In this document: positions 1-10,108 of the stretch, piece after piece | How positions within the stretch are numbered: position 1 is the first letter of the stretch | How the letters are laid out: every line of letters starts with the position of its first letter | IMG/VR virus record: IMGVR_UViG_3300049200_000026 | Coordinates: 1-32,261 of that record | Length of the DNA: 32,261 nucleotides | Strand: one strand, 5' to 3' | Source: a virus | Lineage: Duplodnaviria; Caudoviricetes | Notes under the pieces: generated by a model | Database searches by the model: none | Told to the model about the DNA's origin: nothing | The model's input: the letters and a program-made list of their open reading frames with translations, nothing else | Position numbers and translations under genes: made by a program

Positions 1-84
1 TCCCATTAGCGGTATTGGCTGACTGATAATTCGAGGAGGGGTTATTGGAAGGCTGATACCGCTAATTCTGAGCGGAGCGAAGAT

Positions 85-615
85 ATGCCAGAATACGATT
101 TTGAATGCGATGATCCCAAATGCGGCCATACGTTCACCGAGTATTACGGTTGGCGAGTAGCTGATGGTATGAATGTTGTGGATGATCCTGACCAGCAGAA
201 TTGTCCGAAATGCGAGGCTCATGCTACTCAGCTATTTTCGCTAACCGTAATGCGTCCTGATAGCCATTGGAACGGTGTATACTTCGAGACTACAGATTAT
301 TATTCTACTTCAAAAGCCAAGTATGATAGATGGTGTAAACATCATTGGGAGAATGATTTTGAGAGAAGTTTTATAGAAGTAGGTGATAGGACGGATAAAG
401 AAGGTTTAGCTAAAGATAGAGAATCTGCTGGAAGAAGCAAAGACAGAAGGCATGAGAAGGAGTTGGAAAGATTTCTTATACAGGAATATGCAGGGGTTGA
501 CATAGAACAAGACAATTGCACAACAATAAAAGAAAAGCGGAAGAAGGAACAGAAGAGAAAAGAGATGGAAAGCGCGTGTCCAGATGATATTTTCATAGAC
601 CCGGCGTTTACTTAA
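85..615 (+). CDS. FmdB-like zinc-ribbon protein
   Basis: Starts MPEYDFECDDPKCGHTF...CPKC, the MPxY-C..C-CPxC pattern of FmdB-type Zn ribbons often found in phage head modules. Confidence 0.65.
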   Translation: MPEYDFECDDPKCGHTFTEYYGWRVADGMNVVDDPDQQNCPKCEAHATQLFSLTVMRPDSHWNGVYFETTDYYSTSKAKYDRWCKHHWENDFERSFIEVGDRTDKEGLAKDRESAGRSKDRRHEKELERFLIQEYAGVDIEQDNCTTIKEKRKKEQKRKEMESACPDDIFIDPAFT

Positions 616-654
616 ATTTAACCGGGTTAAAATTTAAAACGTAAAGGAGTAATT

Positions 655-1494
655 ATGCCTAAAGCAAAAACAGTAGACGATTTGGATTTTGAGATGGATG
701 ATGATGGTGAACTCAACCTAAGTGGATTTGAAGAAGGAGACGAATTTGACTTCGATAACGTGGAAGAGGATTCTGAGGAGGATGTTGAAGAAGATTCGGA
801 TAAGGAGGACGAAGGAGAAGAAGAGGATGATGAGGAAGAAGTAGAAGACGACGAAGAAGAATCTTCTGATCTAACTGTTGAAAGTCTCAAGGAAGAATTT
901 ACCACATTTCAAAAGAATCTTCCCAATGTTATTGCTCAATCGGTTGCAATGTCTCTTGCTGCAATTGGGTTGACAGGCAAGAAGAAAAAAGACGATGACG
1001 ACGAAGAGGATGAAGAAGAGGAAGAGGGCGAAATCAGTACTAAAACTCTTCTGAAACGTCTTGAGAAAAAGATTGACACTTCTGTAGAATCTGCTGTCAA
1101 CGGTAAGATGAGTAAATATCAGGCTGCGATGGATGAAGCTGATATTACCAGACAATTCAGGACGGGTGCTGGCAAGTATGGGGCTGCTTTCGTTAAAGCT
1201 ATGCCTCAATTGGCTGTCATTATGAGAGATGCCGAACTTCGTGGACAAGACGCCGCTGAGAAAGCATGGAAGATTTATCGTAGATTGAATCCTCAGCAGC
1301 GTGATAAACTGAAGGTTGATATTCAAAAGAAGCAAAAATCTATTGCTCGTAAGAAACCTGATGCTGATTCTGCCGATGTAGTGACTAAAGCGCCTGAAAG
1401 AACTCCATTTAAGAAGTTCAAAGGCAACGATAGCGATGTATTCGATAAGTCGTTCGATTCGTCTATCGTTTCTCACATGAAGAGACGAAAGTAA
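655..1494 (+). CDS. Putative capsid scaffolding protein
   Basis: AAGGAG RBS; very acidic N-terminus with helical, basic C-terminus; lies directly before the major capsid gene. Confidence 0.6.
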   Translation: MPKAKTVDDLDFEMDDDGELNLSGFEEGDEFDFDNVEEDSEEDVEEDSDKEDEGEEEDDEEEVEDDEEESSDLTVESLKEEFTTFQKNLPNVIAQSVAMSLAAIGLTGKKKKDDDDEEDEEEEEGEISTKTLLKRLEKKIDTSVESAVNGKMSKYQAAMDEADITRQFRTGAGKYGAAFVKAMPQLAVIMRDAELRGQDAAEKAWKIYRRLNPQQRDKLKVDIQKKQKSIARKKPDADSADVVTKAPERTPFKKFKGNDSDVFDKSFDSSIVSHMKRRK

Positions 1495-1504
1495 AAAAGT
1501 AATT

Positions 1505-1565
1505 CCCTCCTCAAAAAAATTAACCCTCCTAGAACACCCTCCTAACCCTCCTAAATAACCCTCCT
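1505..1565. repeat. Five CCCTCCT heptamers (AGGAGGG on - strand) in the scaffold-capsid intergenic region
   Basis: Copies at 1505, 1524, 1537, 1546, 1559. Confidence 0.9.
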
Positions 1566-1610
1566 ATCACATTTTAACCGGGTTAAATTTCTCAAGGAGG
1601 AAATTACTTC

Positions 1611-2660
1611 ATGCCCAATCCGAATTTTGACCAAATCGCTACTACGACTTTACAGCGTTATCGCCCACGCTTTGCTGACGCGGTAACTGATAAGTCGGCA
1701 GTAATGTTCAATATAAAGAAGAGAGGCGGTGTTGAAGAACAAGCCGGAGGCAGAACATTGGTAGAGCCGGTGATCTTCGGTGAAAACACCACTGTCGGTA
1801 GCTATCGAGACTTCGATAAGTTGCCGACAGACCCACAAGAAGGTATGACATCCTCGGAATATCCGTGGGCGTCACTGTCGGGATCTCTTGTCATTTCAGG
1901 TAGACAAGAGTTTATCAACGCTGAAAACAAAACTCGCGTATTGTCTCTCCTCAAGGGTAAGACAATGCAACTTCAAATGACGGTTACTAACGAGTTTAAT
2001 CGTCAATCACATTCTGACGGTTCTGGTAATGGTGGTAAAGATATTACAGGTTTTGCCGCATCTATCGAGAATGGCGCGGCTTGGAACGTTTACGGTGGTA
2101 TTGATTCAAACATTGATTTGTGGTGGAGAAATCAATGGATTGGGTTTGACGCCTTTGCTTCAGCTAGACTCGCTAATGGTAACTTTCTTCAAGAACTAGA
2201 CCAAGATTACAGAGTATTCAGACAAGTCCTGACCACATTCTACAACTCCTGTATGCGTAATACAGATAAACTCAAACTCATGCTTACTGGTCAAAGGGTG
2301 CATGAATACTTTGAATCGTCTGTCGTAGTCAACGAGCGTTATGTCAAGCAAGGTAATATGTCGGATGCTAACCTTGCTAATGCTAACTTTGAAAACTTGC
2401 TCTTCAAATCCGTCCCAATTGTGATGGATAATCTTGTGCCTAACACAAGTATTGCCGCTGGCGCCACTAATCAAGAGTTGATCGGTCTGAATACAGACTT
2501 TATCAAGTTGATTATTGGTTCTGGTCGTAATTTCGTTATGACTGAGTTTGTTCGTCCTCCCGATCAAGACGCTAAAGTTGCACAGATGATCCTGTTCGCT
2601 CAATACACTGAACAGCTTCGTGATCTTCATGGTCGTATGGACGATATTGACTTTGCATAA
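1611..2660 (+). CDS. Major capsid protein
   Basis: 349 aa, AAGGAGG RBS. N-terminus NPNFDQIATTTLQRY..ADAV, then GGRTLVEPV, DGSGNGGKDITG, YGGID and NFENLLFK, as in a widespread phage MCP family; follows the scaffold. Confidence 0.85.
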   Translation: MPNPNFDQIATTTLQRYRPRFADAVTDKSAVMFNIKKRGGVEEQAGGRTLVEPVIFGENTTVGSYRDFDKLPTDPQEGMTSSEYPWASLSGSLVISGRQEFINAENKTRVLSLLKGKTMQLQMTVTNEFNRQSHSDGSGNGGKDITGFAASIENGAAWNVYGGIDSNIDLWWRNQWIGFDAFASARLANGNFLQELDQDYRVFRQVLTTFYNSCMRNTDKLKLMLTGQRVHEYFESSVVVNERYVKQGNMSDANLANANFENLLFKSVPIVMDNLVPNTSIAAGATNQELIGLNTDFIKLIIGSGRNFVMTEFVRPPDQDAKVAQMILFAQYTEQLRDLHGRMDDIDFA

Positions 2661-2672
2661 GGAGTTATCATC

Positions 2673-2996
2673 ATGCCTGCCGGAGATGTTAGACAAGGTA
2701 CTTTTACCAGAGTACAGACTGACGGTAGAACTACAATAGCCGCTTTGATTGGTGGTGGTACTTACCTACTCCTTAAAATCAAAGCAGGCGGTTGTATCTT
2801 AATTGGTGATGCTACGATTGATCCTGCCGGTAGTGATACTGCAAAAGGTTACAGGCTAACTCCCGGCGAAGAGTTCTACATAGATGATGGTGGCAACACT
2901 GTCGCTAATCTTATTGATGGGGCAAAGATAAACATCTACGCTGCTGAGGGAGCTAGACCAGTCTCTATTAGCATATTTGCTATAGACGACGCTTAA
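2673..2996 (+). CDS. Hypothetical virion protein
   Basis: AAGGAG RBS; small beta-rich protein in the head module. Confidence 0.6.
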   Translation: MPAGDVRQGTFTRVQTDGRTTIAALIGGGTYLLLKIKAGGCILIGDATIDPAGSDTAKGYRLTPGEEFYIDDGGNTVANLIDGAKINIYAAEGARPVSISIFAIDDA

Positions 2997-3020
2997 TTTA
3001 ACCCGGTTAAAGGAGAAAAA

Positions 3021-3665
3021 ATGGCTGACAAACTTTTGTATGATGTTACTAAGTTCGGAACAGTAATTGAAAACGAACTTGGTATTGAAGTTGACGACTC
3101 AAGAGGTCGTCAAGGGGATAAGATAATCACTAGATTACATCCCACTTCTGCTGGTGGTGGTGGTCAATCTTCCCAAATTATCATAATGAATCGTTACCGA
3201 CCCGGTAATCGTTACCGATATGTAAGGGCTAACGGCACAATCACACAATTTAACTCAGTTAAAGCGGATATTGCATTTGCTACTGAAGCAGATAGGGATG
3301 CTAATATTATCAATACTGATGCTAATGATACATTGGGCAATGTAGTTGACGGTATTGCTGAACAAGGTCTTGGTGGGCCATTAACAACTGATCCGGCTTT
3401 GACTTCTCATCTGGCAGGAACATTTATGTTCATTACGGTTAGAGGCAAGGCTATTGCTAATGTGAACGCTGCTGTTGTTGCTGCCGATGTGTTAGGCCCT
3501 GATCCAGCAACAGCCGGTAGGCTGTCTACTTTGGCTGTAACTACTCCAACCGCTGCTGAGACTCGAAGAATTACTAATGCAGCTAGTGGGTTAGGTATTA
3601 GAGCATTGGTTAATGAGCCACCAACAGGATTTAAAGCCAATCTTACGTGGGTTAAATTGACATAA
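3021..3665 (+). CDS. Putative capsid decoration/cement protein
   Basis: AAGGAG RBS; Gly/Ala/Thr-rich; GNRYRYVRA and FITVRG segments resemble phage decoration proteins; near the MCP. Confidence 0.5.
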   Translation: MADKLLYDVTKFGTVIENELGIEVDDSRGRQGDKIITRLHPTSAGGGGQSSQIIIMNRYRPGNRYRYVRANGTITQFNSVKADIAFATEADRDANIINTDANDTLGNVVDGIAEQGLGGPLTTDPALTSHLAGTFMFITVRGKAIANVNAAVVAADVLGPDPATAGRLSTLAVTTPTAAETRRITNAASGLGIRALVNEPPTGFKANLTWVKLT

Positions 3666-3676
3666 ATGGAGGAAAT

Positions 3677-3973
3677 ATGGCTAAAAAGAAAAAAATAGAC
3701 GTAGAGGAAGAAACCATCTCCTCTATTGCAGAGTTTTCAGAAGAGATAGAAGAAACTGAAGAAGAGTTGTTTTTGGATGAAAACGCTGAAGAAAAGTTGG
3801 AGGAATATCTTGAAGGCGCTCCTGCAATTATTAGTTCTGATCTTCCTCCCGTTGAAGTAAGCGAAGATTATCCAAGCAACAATCACGTTTACTGTAGAAC
3901 TAAAGCCAGCAAAACACACAGGGAAATTACCCCAGAGTACAACCATACTCTGATAATTAGAGAGAAGAAATAA
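3677..3973 (+). CDS. Acidic hypothetical protein
   Basis: GGAGG RBS; Glu-rich 98 aa. Confidence 0.65.
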   Translation: MAKKKKIDVEEETISSIAEFSEEIEETEEELFLDENAEEKLEEYLEGAPAIISSDLPPVEVSEDYPSNNHVYCRTKASKTHREITPEYNHTLIIREKK

Positions 3974-4005
3974 ATAATTTAACCGGGTTAAACCGAGCGA
4001 AAGGA

Positions 4006-4653
4006 TTGAGTGAGATGGCAAAGAGAATTAGAACAGATTACAAAGAATTTATCGCGGCTATGGAAACGGACGATGATTTAAACCAAACGTTTTCATCAGA
4101 CGTTGATTATCCCGATGATATGCCTCTTATTGAGGAAATCGAAGATGACGACGAACAAAGCCTTGAGGAAGTAGAGTTTAGTTTTGACGAAGATGAAGAA
4201 CCAGCTAGTTCTTTAGAATCTCTTGATCTTTCTATGGGGCAGATAGAAGAAGAAGAACAAGAGGAGTACACAGAAGGTGAAATAGAATCTCTACTTTCAA
4301 GAATTGATCTTGCTAATAGCGATAACAATAAACTTTCTTTTGACGATCTAATGCCTAAGAAGAAAAAGAAAACAGGCATTGGCGTACAGAGGAAAGAAAA
4401 AAAGGTACACCATCTTTTGGTTATTCGTGATCTTGTAGTGATGCACCCTTCAGTCTGTAAGCTACAACATTGCAAGTTTGATGCTGCTAAAGCTATTGGC
4501 TATAAAAAAAGGGGTTGGCCAGATGTTCCAGCTAGTAAACATAAGCTAGTTATGAGGATACTAGAGGAGCATGTCCAGACTCAACACCAACACATTGATG
4601 ATACGTTTATGGATTTAGCCGATGTTCCACAGGCTTGGTTGACTCCGAGTTAA
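4006..4653 (+). CDS. Acidic hypothetical protein with C-terminal Cys/His cluster (start may be 4009 or 4015)
   Basis: Fills the operon between neighbours; CKLQHC...HVQTQH may bind metal. Confidence 0.6.
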   Translation: MSEMAKRIRTDYKEFIAAMETDDDLNQTFSSDVDYPDDMPLIEEIEDDDEQSLEEVEFSFDEDEEPASSLESLDLSMGQIEEEEQEEYTEGEIESLLSRIDLANSDNNKLSFDDLMPKKKKKTGIGVQRKEKKVHHLLVIRDLVVMHPSVCKLQHCKFDAAKAIGYKKRGWPDVPASKHKLVMRILEEHVQTQHQHIDDTFMDLADVPQAWLTPS

Positions 4654-4665
4654 GGAGGATAATAA

Positions 4666-5355
4666 ATGACACTCAACGCTTTAGCCTTAGAAGTAGCTTT
4701 AGAGCATGGTGAGCGTCAGGGAGACACAGGCTTCATAACTCAACTTGAAACTTGGATTAAGAACGATTTGGTGAGAATCGCTCTTAAGACCAAGTTCAAG
4801 TTTTTATGGAAAGACCTAACAATTAACACTGTAAATGGTACGGCTGAATACGATCTCCCCAATGATTTCAAGGATTTTAAATACCTTCGTTTTGTAGACG
4901 ATGATGATAATATCACATATTTAAATCCTAGAAGATTGTCTAGGTACAACTTAGACTTTGAACAACCGGGTAGACCTAAGTTTGCTTGGATAACTAATGC
5001 CACTATCGTGGCTAATAATATTGTCGGTAAACTTAGGTTTCAACCAGTACCGAATGCAGTATTTCAAATAAGCGCGCCTTATTACTATTACCCAAAAGGT
5101 TTAACCAGTAATAGTGATATTCCTGTTAATGATGAGTTGATTCTCTTATTGAAGTCTCGTTTATCTATGCACATTGCTAGGATAGATTTGGATTGGGATT
5201 TGCATAATGCTCATAGGGCTGACTTCAACGAAGACTTAAATCTCATAGTCAAGCAAGATAATAAATCTTCTGCTAGAGATTTAGTTAGAGGGCAAACAGA
5301 TTTACCGCGCAATTCTGGTAGACCTTACAAGAGATTCAGGTATCCATTCGAGTAA
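4666..5355 (+). CDS. Head-tail adaptor (tail tubular protein A-like)
   Basis: AAGGAGG RBS; TVNGTAEYDLPNDF, GRP and LRFQPVPN patterns typical of podovirus adaptors; synteny. Confidence 0.75.
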   Translation: MTLNALALEVALEHGERQGDTGFITQLETWIKNDLVRIALKTKFKFLWKDLTINTVNGTAEYDLPNDFKDFKYLRFVDDDDNITYLNPRRLSRYNLDFEQPGRPKFAWITNATIVANNIVGKLRFQPVPNAVFQISAPYYYYPKGLTSNSDIPVNDELILLLKSRLSMHIARIDLDWDLHNAHRADFNEDLNLIVKQDNKSSARDLVRGQTDLPRNSGRPYKRFRYPFE

Positions 5356-5373
5356 TTTAACTGGGTTAAAATC

Positions 5374-7032
5374 ATGGGTGAGAGAACAGGTACAGAAAAA
5401 ACTCCAATAAGAAAAATATCCATTGATGCTTTTTTTGGTGGAGTGAATACTTCTGCCGGCCCTACTGAAATCGAAGACAATGAAGCCGTCGAGATACTCA
5501 ATTTTGAATATGATGACCTTAACAATTTAGTTACTAGAAATGGAGTGACTAAATCAGGAGATGTTTATAGTAACAAAATTACTAGCATCTTTAGTTTTAA
5601 TACTGACTCAGGTTTTATAGGTATTCTGTATACTCAAGGAACTCAGTTGTTATCAAGGCCATTAGTTTTGGGTAGTATTACTAACCTTACAGGGGCATTG
5701 AGTTTGCCCAATGGGGCTAGATGGTACTGGAAAGCATTAAACAATGTTGCTGTCGGAGTAAACGGCGCAACAGGGGCAGGTAATCCGATTCAAGTTGTCG
5801 GGCCTGCCCCCGGTACTGCTTCTCATTTAGCGGCTGCTCCTGATGGTAGATATATCGAGGAACATGATAACAGACTTTGGATAGTACATGCATCTAGTCC
5901 TAATAGACTTCAATGTTCTGATTTAGGAAGTGCTACAGCATGGAATACGGGGGGTCTTACTAATCCAGTTCAAGGAATAACCATAGACATTGCCCCCGGT
6001 GATGGAGATATAATAACTGGATTGTATGCTACCAAAGAGAGACTGTTTATCTTTAAAAGGAGAAGGATATATGTTCTAAGAGCAACAGCAGTACCTAATA
6101 CTGATCCTAGTACTTGGGAAGTCGTAGAGTATTCTAAAAACATAGGATGTATCGCCCAAACTACCATAAGAGAAACCTTTGATGATGTGTTGTTCTTAAC
6201 AGAAGAGGGTACTGTAGCCTCTCTTGCTGCTGCTGAGCAAACAGGAGATTTTAAAAACTCTTCTGTTAGTGAGAAAGTAGCTGAAATTAGTCAAATATCT
6301 AAAACAATAACAGATTTAGATGTATTCGGATATACTCTTAATGATGTTAGTCAGTATTGGTTATGCGTAGCTGCATCTTTTTCTAGCTTTAATAAGAATA
6401 CTACTTTTGTATTAGACTACAGCAAGGTTACGCAAGGTGTGGCTAGATGGGTTTTCTTTGATGGTTACGCTTTTGGTACTTCTATTGAGCAACACGTCAT
6501 AGGGACTGCCCAGACTACTTATTTATTAGGTGTTGATGTTCCTACAAGTGGAGATTTTTTTATAGGGTTATACGTTCCTGGGACTTTAACAAAGATGTTT
6601 GCTGACGATACTGCGCCCATTTTTCAATCCATATTAACAAAGTCGTATGATTATGAATTACAAGATTTGAGAAAGCTATTTAAAGACTGGTTTCTTGTAT
6701 TCATAATACTTTCAGAATTTCTTTCTTTATTAATTACATATATCATTAATGATGGAGAATCTGAAGGTCAATATAATTTTGGATTAGTCAGGGGTGACTT
6801 ATCATTTGGTGGAGTGTATGGGACTGCTTTATATGGAACTGGTTTATACGGATTCAATATTTCTCCGCGTACTAGGAGAATAAGAAGGGCGCCATTATTT
6901 GATAAACAAAGGAAATTTGTAACCATACAGTTTCTAATAACTTGTCAGACTATAAATCAGGGTTTCATTATAAATAATTTTGGTATTAGATCGGCAATTC
7001 TTAGTACGTCTAAAGCACAAGATACAGTTTAA
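5374..7032 (+). CDS. Tail nozzle / stabilization protein (tail tubular protein B or P22 gp10-like)
   Basis: FFGGVNT...NF...LVTRNG start; beta-propeller-like repeats (GDIITGL...LFIFK, IGCIAQTTI); follows the adaptor. Confidence 0.7.
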   Translation: MGERTGTEKTPIRKISIDAFFGGVNTSAGPTEIEDNEAVEILNFEYDDLNNLVTRNGVTKSGDVYSNKITSIFSFNTDSGFIGILYTQGTQLLSRPLVLGSITNLTGALSLPNGARWYWKALNNVAVGVNGATGAGNPIQVVGPAPGTASHLAAAPDGRYIEEHDNRLWIVHASSPNRLQCSDLGSATAWNTGGLTNPVQGITIDIAPGDGDIITGLYATKERLFIFKRRRIYVLRATAVPNTDPSTWEVVEYSKNIGCIAQTTIRETFDDVLFLTEEGTVASLAAAEQTGDFKNSSVSEKVAEISQISKTITDLDVFGYTLNDVSQYWLCVAASFSSFNKNTTFVLDYSKVTQGVARWVFFDGYAFGTSIEQHVIGTAQTTYLLGVDVPTSGDFFIGLYVPGTLTKMFADDTAPIFQSILTKSYDYELQDLRKLFKDWFLVFIILSEFLSLLITYIINDGESEGQYNFGLVRGDLSFGGVYGTALYGTGLYGFNISPRTRRIRRAPLFDKQRKFVTIQFLITCQTINQGFIINNFGIRSAILSTSKAQDTV

Positions 7033-7051
7033 CCCGGTTAAAGGAGAACGG

Positions 7052-7687
7052 ATGTCACTATTAGTTTTATTGAAAAACAGAGTAACAGGACAACCTGTAG
7101 TTGCCGATGATGATGATAATGAATTTTTAAATATACTTGATTGCTTGTCTGGTGTTTCTGTAAATAAATCTATTAGAGTTAGAAGTAATGATAATGGTTT
7201 TGCTGTTGCTAGATTCGATCAGTTAGGGGCTAATAAGATAGTAGAGTTTTTTGCTGACGGAGTGGAGATTGCCTCAATGGAAAAGACTGGCAAACTTGTC
7301 AGTCAAACTGTGGTAACTATTACTAAAAGTTGGCTCTATACAGTGTTACCAGCAGCGGTTGAGACGGTAGAGAGTCAGCCTAGATTTATTGTGCCTTCTG
7401 TCGGTCTGAATACTATTACTCGTATATATGCAGTATGGGCCGCTGGTTCTGATAGTGGAGCAAGTAATATTTTTACTATTAAACGTAGAAACTCTGCCGG
7501 TGTTGCCCAAGCTGATGTAGGGACTGTAGATGTGAATACCCCAGCTCAAAATAACATACTGAATAGCGATATAGCCGACGTTCCATTAACTGCTGGCGAT
7601 CAAATCTATCCACTGTTTACCACTAGAAATACAGCTAGTGAACAAATGGTAACAATTTCTATCGAGATTGCTGTAAAACTCAGTTGA
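7052..7687 (+). CDS. Tail-associated structural protein (start revised to ATG 7052)
   Basis: AAGGAG RBS at 7041; beta-rich; follows the nozzle. Confidence 0.55.
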   Translation: MSLLVLLKNRVTGQPVVADDDDNEFLNILDCLSGVSVNKSIRVRSNDNGFAVARFDQLGANKIVEFFADGVEIASMEKTGKLVSQTVVTITKSWLYTVLPAAVETVESQPRFIVPSVGLNTITRIYAVWAAGSDSGASNIFTIKRRNSAGVAQADVGTVDVNTPAQNNILNSDIADVPLTAGDQIYPLFTTRNTASEQMVTISIEIAVKLS

Positions 7688-7692
7688 TTATT

Positions 7693-8223
7693 ATGAGTGT
7701 AATAACTAGAATACCGACAACTAATGAGACTCCCGATACTGGTAACGGTATTGGTGGAGATGTTGCAGTTACCACCCCGTCTAATACTGGGCACGCATCT
7801 ACTACTTCATCATTTGGTGGAGGTTCAGGACAACAAGTAAAATCGTGTAGATGGTTTACTTTTCAGGATTTGTTTGGTGGAATTAGAACTTCAGTTAAAC
7901 TGAAAGTCACACATACCAGTAGCGGCAATGATGTTAGCGACCCTCCATTTTCAGGAGGTAATACCAACAGATTTCAGTTACAATATTCTCTAAATGGTGG
8001 TTCGAGTTGGAATAATATTGTTGATCGTATAGATTTTGAATCATCTCAAGGGCCAACTGAGGCAGAAATAAATTTATCCCTAACGCAAGACTTATCCCAA
8101 GTTCAAGTTAGAGATATAATTACTGCTGGTGGTATTGCGAGTGTTGATCCGGTTAGTGCGACAGCTACAATAAGTGATATTAAAATCGAAGTAACTGTTG
8201 CTGATCCGTCTTTTCTGGATTAA
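7693..8223 (+). CDS. Putative structural protein, beta-sandwich-like
   Basis: Thr/Ser/Gly-rich; QYSLNGGSSW Asp-box-like segment; tail module. Confidence 0.55.
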   Translation: MSVITRIPTTNETPDTGNGIGGDVAVTTPSNTGHASTTSSFGGGSGQQVKSCRWFTFQDLFGGIRTSVKLKVTHTSSGNDVSDPPFSGGNTNRFQLQYSLNGGSSWNNIVDRIDFESSQGPTEAEINLSLTQDLSQVQVRDIITAGGIASVDPVSATATISDIKIEVTVADPSFLD

Positions 8224-8233
8224 AGGAGTAAAT

Positions 8234-8344
8234 ATGCCAAAAGGAATAGGCTACCCAAAAAAGAAATTGAAAACTAAAGGTAAGAAAATGAGTTTCTCTA
8301 GCCAGATGGCTAAAGTCAATAAGATAATGAGCAAGAAGAAGTAG
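8234..8344 (+). CDS. Small basic peptide, 36 aa (MPKGIGYPKKKLKTKGKKMSFSSQMAKVNKIMSKKK)
   Basis: Not in the ORF track; AAGGAG RBS 8223-8228; fills the gap between 8223 and the palindrome at 8347. Confidence 0.7.
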   Translation: MPKGIGYPKKKLKTKGKKMSFSSQMAKVNKIMSKKK

Positions 8345-8402
8345 ATTTTAACCGGGTTAATTTCCGAAGTTAAACCGAGGATTATGAGCGAAAGCGAAGA
8401 TT

Positions 8403-8999
8403 ATGCCACTCCCTTATCGCAGAGGCGCAGAAAGGATAATCAGATACCTGACTGGTAAATTCCAGTTAGGCGGTGTTTTTCCAAGTGATGGTTATATTAC
8501 AGGTGTTGCAAAAGTAATTCACAAGAATTATGATTTAGTTCAAAGTGCTGCTGGCGCTCCTGGCGCGGTTACGAGTTTAGATGAATTTACTATTGTAGCC
8601 GGAGCGTTAAAACCAGGCGATTTATTAGAAGTATGTTACGGCGGATTTAATACACCGAATGATAATGATAAAAATTTAGTTGTTGATTTCGGCACAGCTA
8701 ATGTAGAAACCACGGGACTAAAGGATGTAGACGATTTGGGATGGCAATTTTTTATTAGCTATGGGGTTGTGAATGCAACAACTGTTAGATATGTAATGAG
8801 TTTGATTACAGGTATGGCTGAATCTACAAGCGCACCTGTTTTTAGTGGTGGTTTTGGAACTAGAATTATATCTAGGGGCGGTACACTGACTCCGGCAAAT
8901 ATGGATTCCAACAACCAACTACTTAGAGTCAGGGGGCAAGGAACTGCTCTAGGAGATATAACTAAGGCTATAGCTTATATTAAATTAACAAGATTTTAA
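8403..8999 (+). CDS. Putative tail-associated structural protein
   Basis: 198 aa beta-rich protein in the virion operon. Confidence 0.55.
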   Translation: MPLPYRRGAERIIRYLTGKFQLGGVFPSDGYITGVAKVIHKNYDLVQSAAGAPGAVTSLDEFTIVAGALKPGDLLEVCYGGFNTPNDNDKNLVVDFGTANVETTGLKDVDDLGWQFFISYGVVNATTVRYVMSLITGMAESTSAPVFSGGFGTRIISRGGTLTPANMDSNNQLLRVRGQGTALGDITKAIAYIKLTRF

Positions 9000-9018
9000 C
9001 CGGGTTAAAGGAGTAAAG

Positions 9019-10071
9019 ATGGCATTAAATGCTTTTCAAAGAGAAGTCCAAGCCTTAGCTAAAAGACTTGGGTTAAAAGGAGATGCCGAACGTCAAGTTT
9101 ATTCTCGCCCAGAATATCAAGATTTGCTTAGGAATTTCTTTGGAGACATACAATTACCTGCCGGTGTTGATCCTTCTCAAATAATTTCAAGAGATGCGGG
9201 CGCATTAACCTATAGGGATGCAGAAGGGTATACCCATAGACTTGAAAGGAATTTAAACGGCACTTCTTCTGATATAGGCAGAGTAACAGAAACCAGCACA
9301 GATAGACCTGCGGTATTACCTGTAACTAAACAAATACCCGGTACTGAGAATGCTATTCAACAAGCGTTAGGCGTATTATCTGGTACATTTGGAGGAGTAG
9401 CTAATACAGGAGAAGGGCAGTTTTTTGGATTACCTAATCCAGCTGTTAGTGGTAATCAGACTCAAGGATTTCAAGGAACAGGAGCATTAGGTAACCTTAG
9501 TCCAGCAGATAAAGCATTACTGGATCAAATAACTAAAGCCACTCTTGAGCAACTAGATCAACAATTCACTAGGCAAGGTGGTGATTTAGTGGCTCAGTTA
9601 TATTCTAGAGGAATGAATGAAAGTACTCTAGCCAATGATGCCGTTACTAGACTACAGCAAGGACAAGGTTTAGTTAGAAATCAAGCCTTATCAGATGCCG
9701 CCGGTAGAGAATTAGGTATACGTCAATTCCTGACGGATCTTAGTACTAAATCAGCACTCGATTTGTTTAATTCTATCACAGGTAATGAAACTACTCGTGG
9801 TGTAGCATCCGGTCAAATAGGCTTAGGCAGAGAAGAATTAGGACAAAGAAGGATAGATTCAGATAGACAGTTTCAGATAGAACAGCAAAAATTGGAGTTA
9901 CAACGTCAGAATCAATCACCCTGGAAGAGTATACTTTCTGCCGTAGCTACACTTGGAGCGGCGGCTATTCCTGGCATTGGGGCTTTTCTTGGGCCTGCTG
10001 TAGGGGCAGCAACAGGTGGATTTGGTAAAGCCGGAAGACCTCCTGTAGGAGGGGATGGTGGTTATGGTTAA
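9019..10071 (+). CDS. Putative internal virion / DNA ejection (pilot) protein
   Basis: AAGGAG RBS; Gln-rich helical body with hydrophobic Gly/Ala C-terminus (ILSAVATLGAAAIPGIGAFLG); first of three large genes after the tail genes. Confidence 0.6.
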   Translation: MALNAFQREVQALAKRLGLKGDAERQVYSRPEYQDLLRNFFGDIQLPAGVDPSQIISRDAGALTYRDAEGYTHRLERNLNGTSSDIGRVTETSTDRPAVLPVTKQIPGTENAIQQALGVLSGTFGGVANTGEGQFFGLPNPAVSGNQTQGFQGTGALGNLSPADKALLDQITKATLEQLDQQFTRQGGDLVAQLYSRGMNESTLANDAVTRLQQGQGLVRNQALSDAAGRELGIRQFLTDLSTKSALDLFNSITGNETTRGVASGQIGLGREELGQRRIDSDRQFQIEQQKLELQRQNQSPWKSILSAVATLGAAAIPGIGAFLGPAVGAATGGFGKAGRPPVGGDGGYG

Positions 10072-10108
10072 GTTACAAGTAGTAAAATAAATAAAGGAGT
10101 AAATAAAT

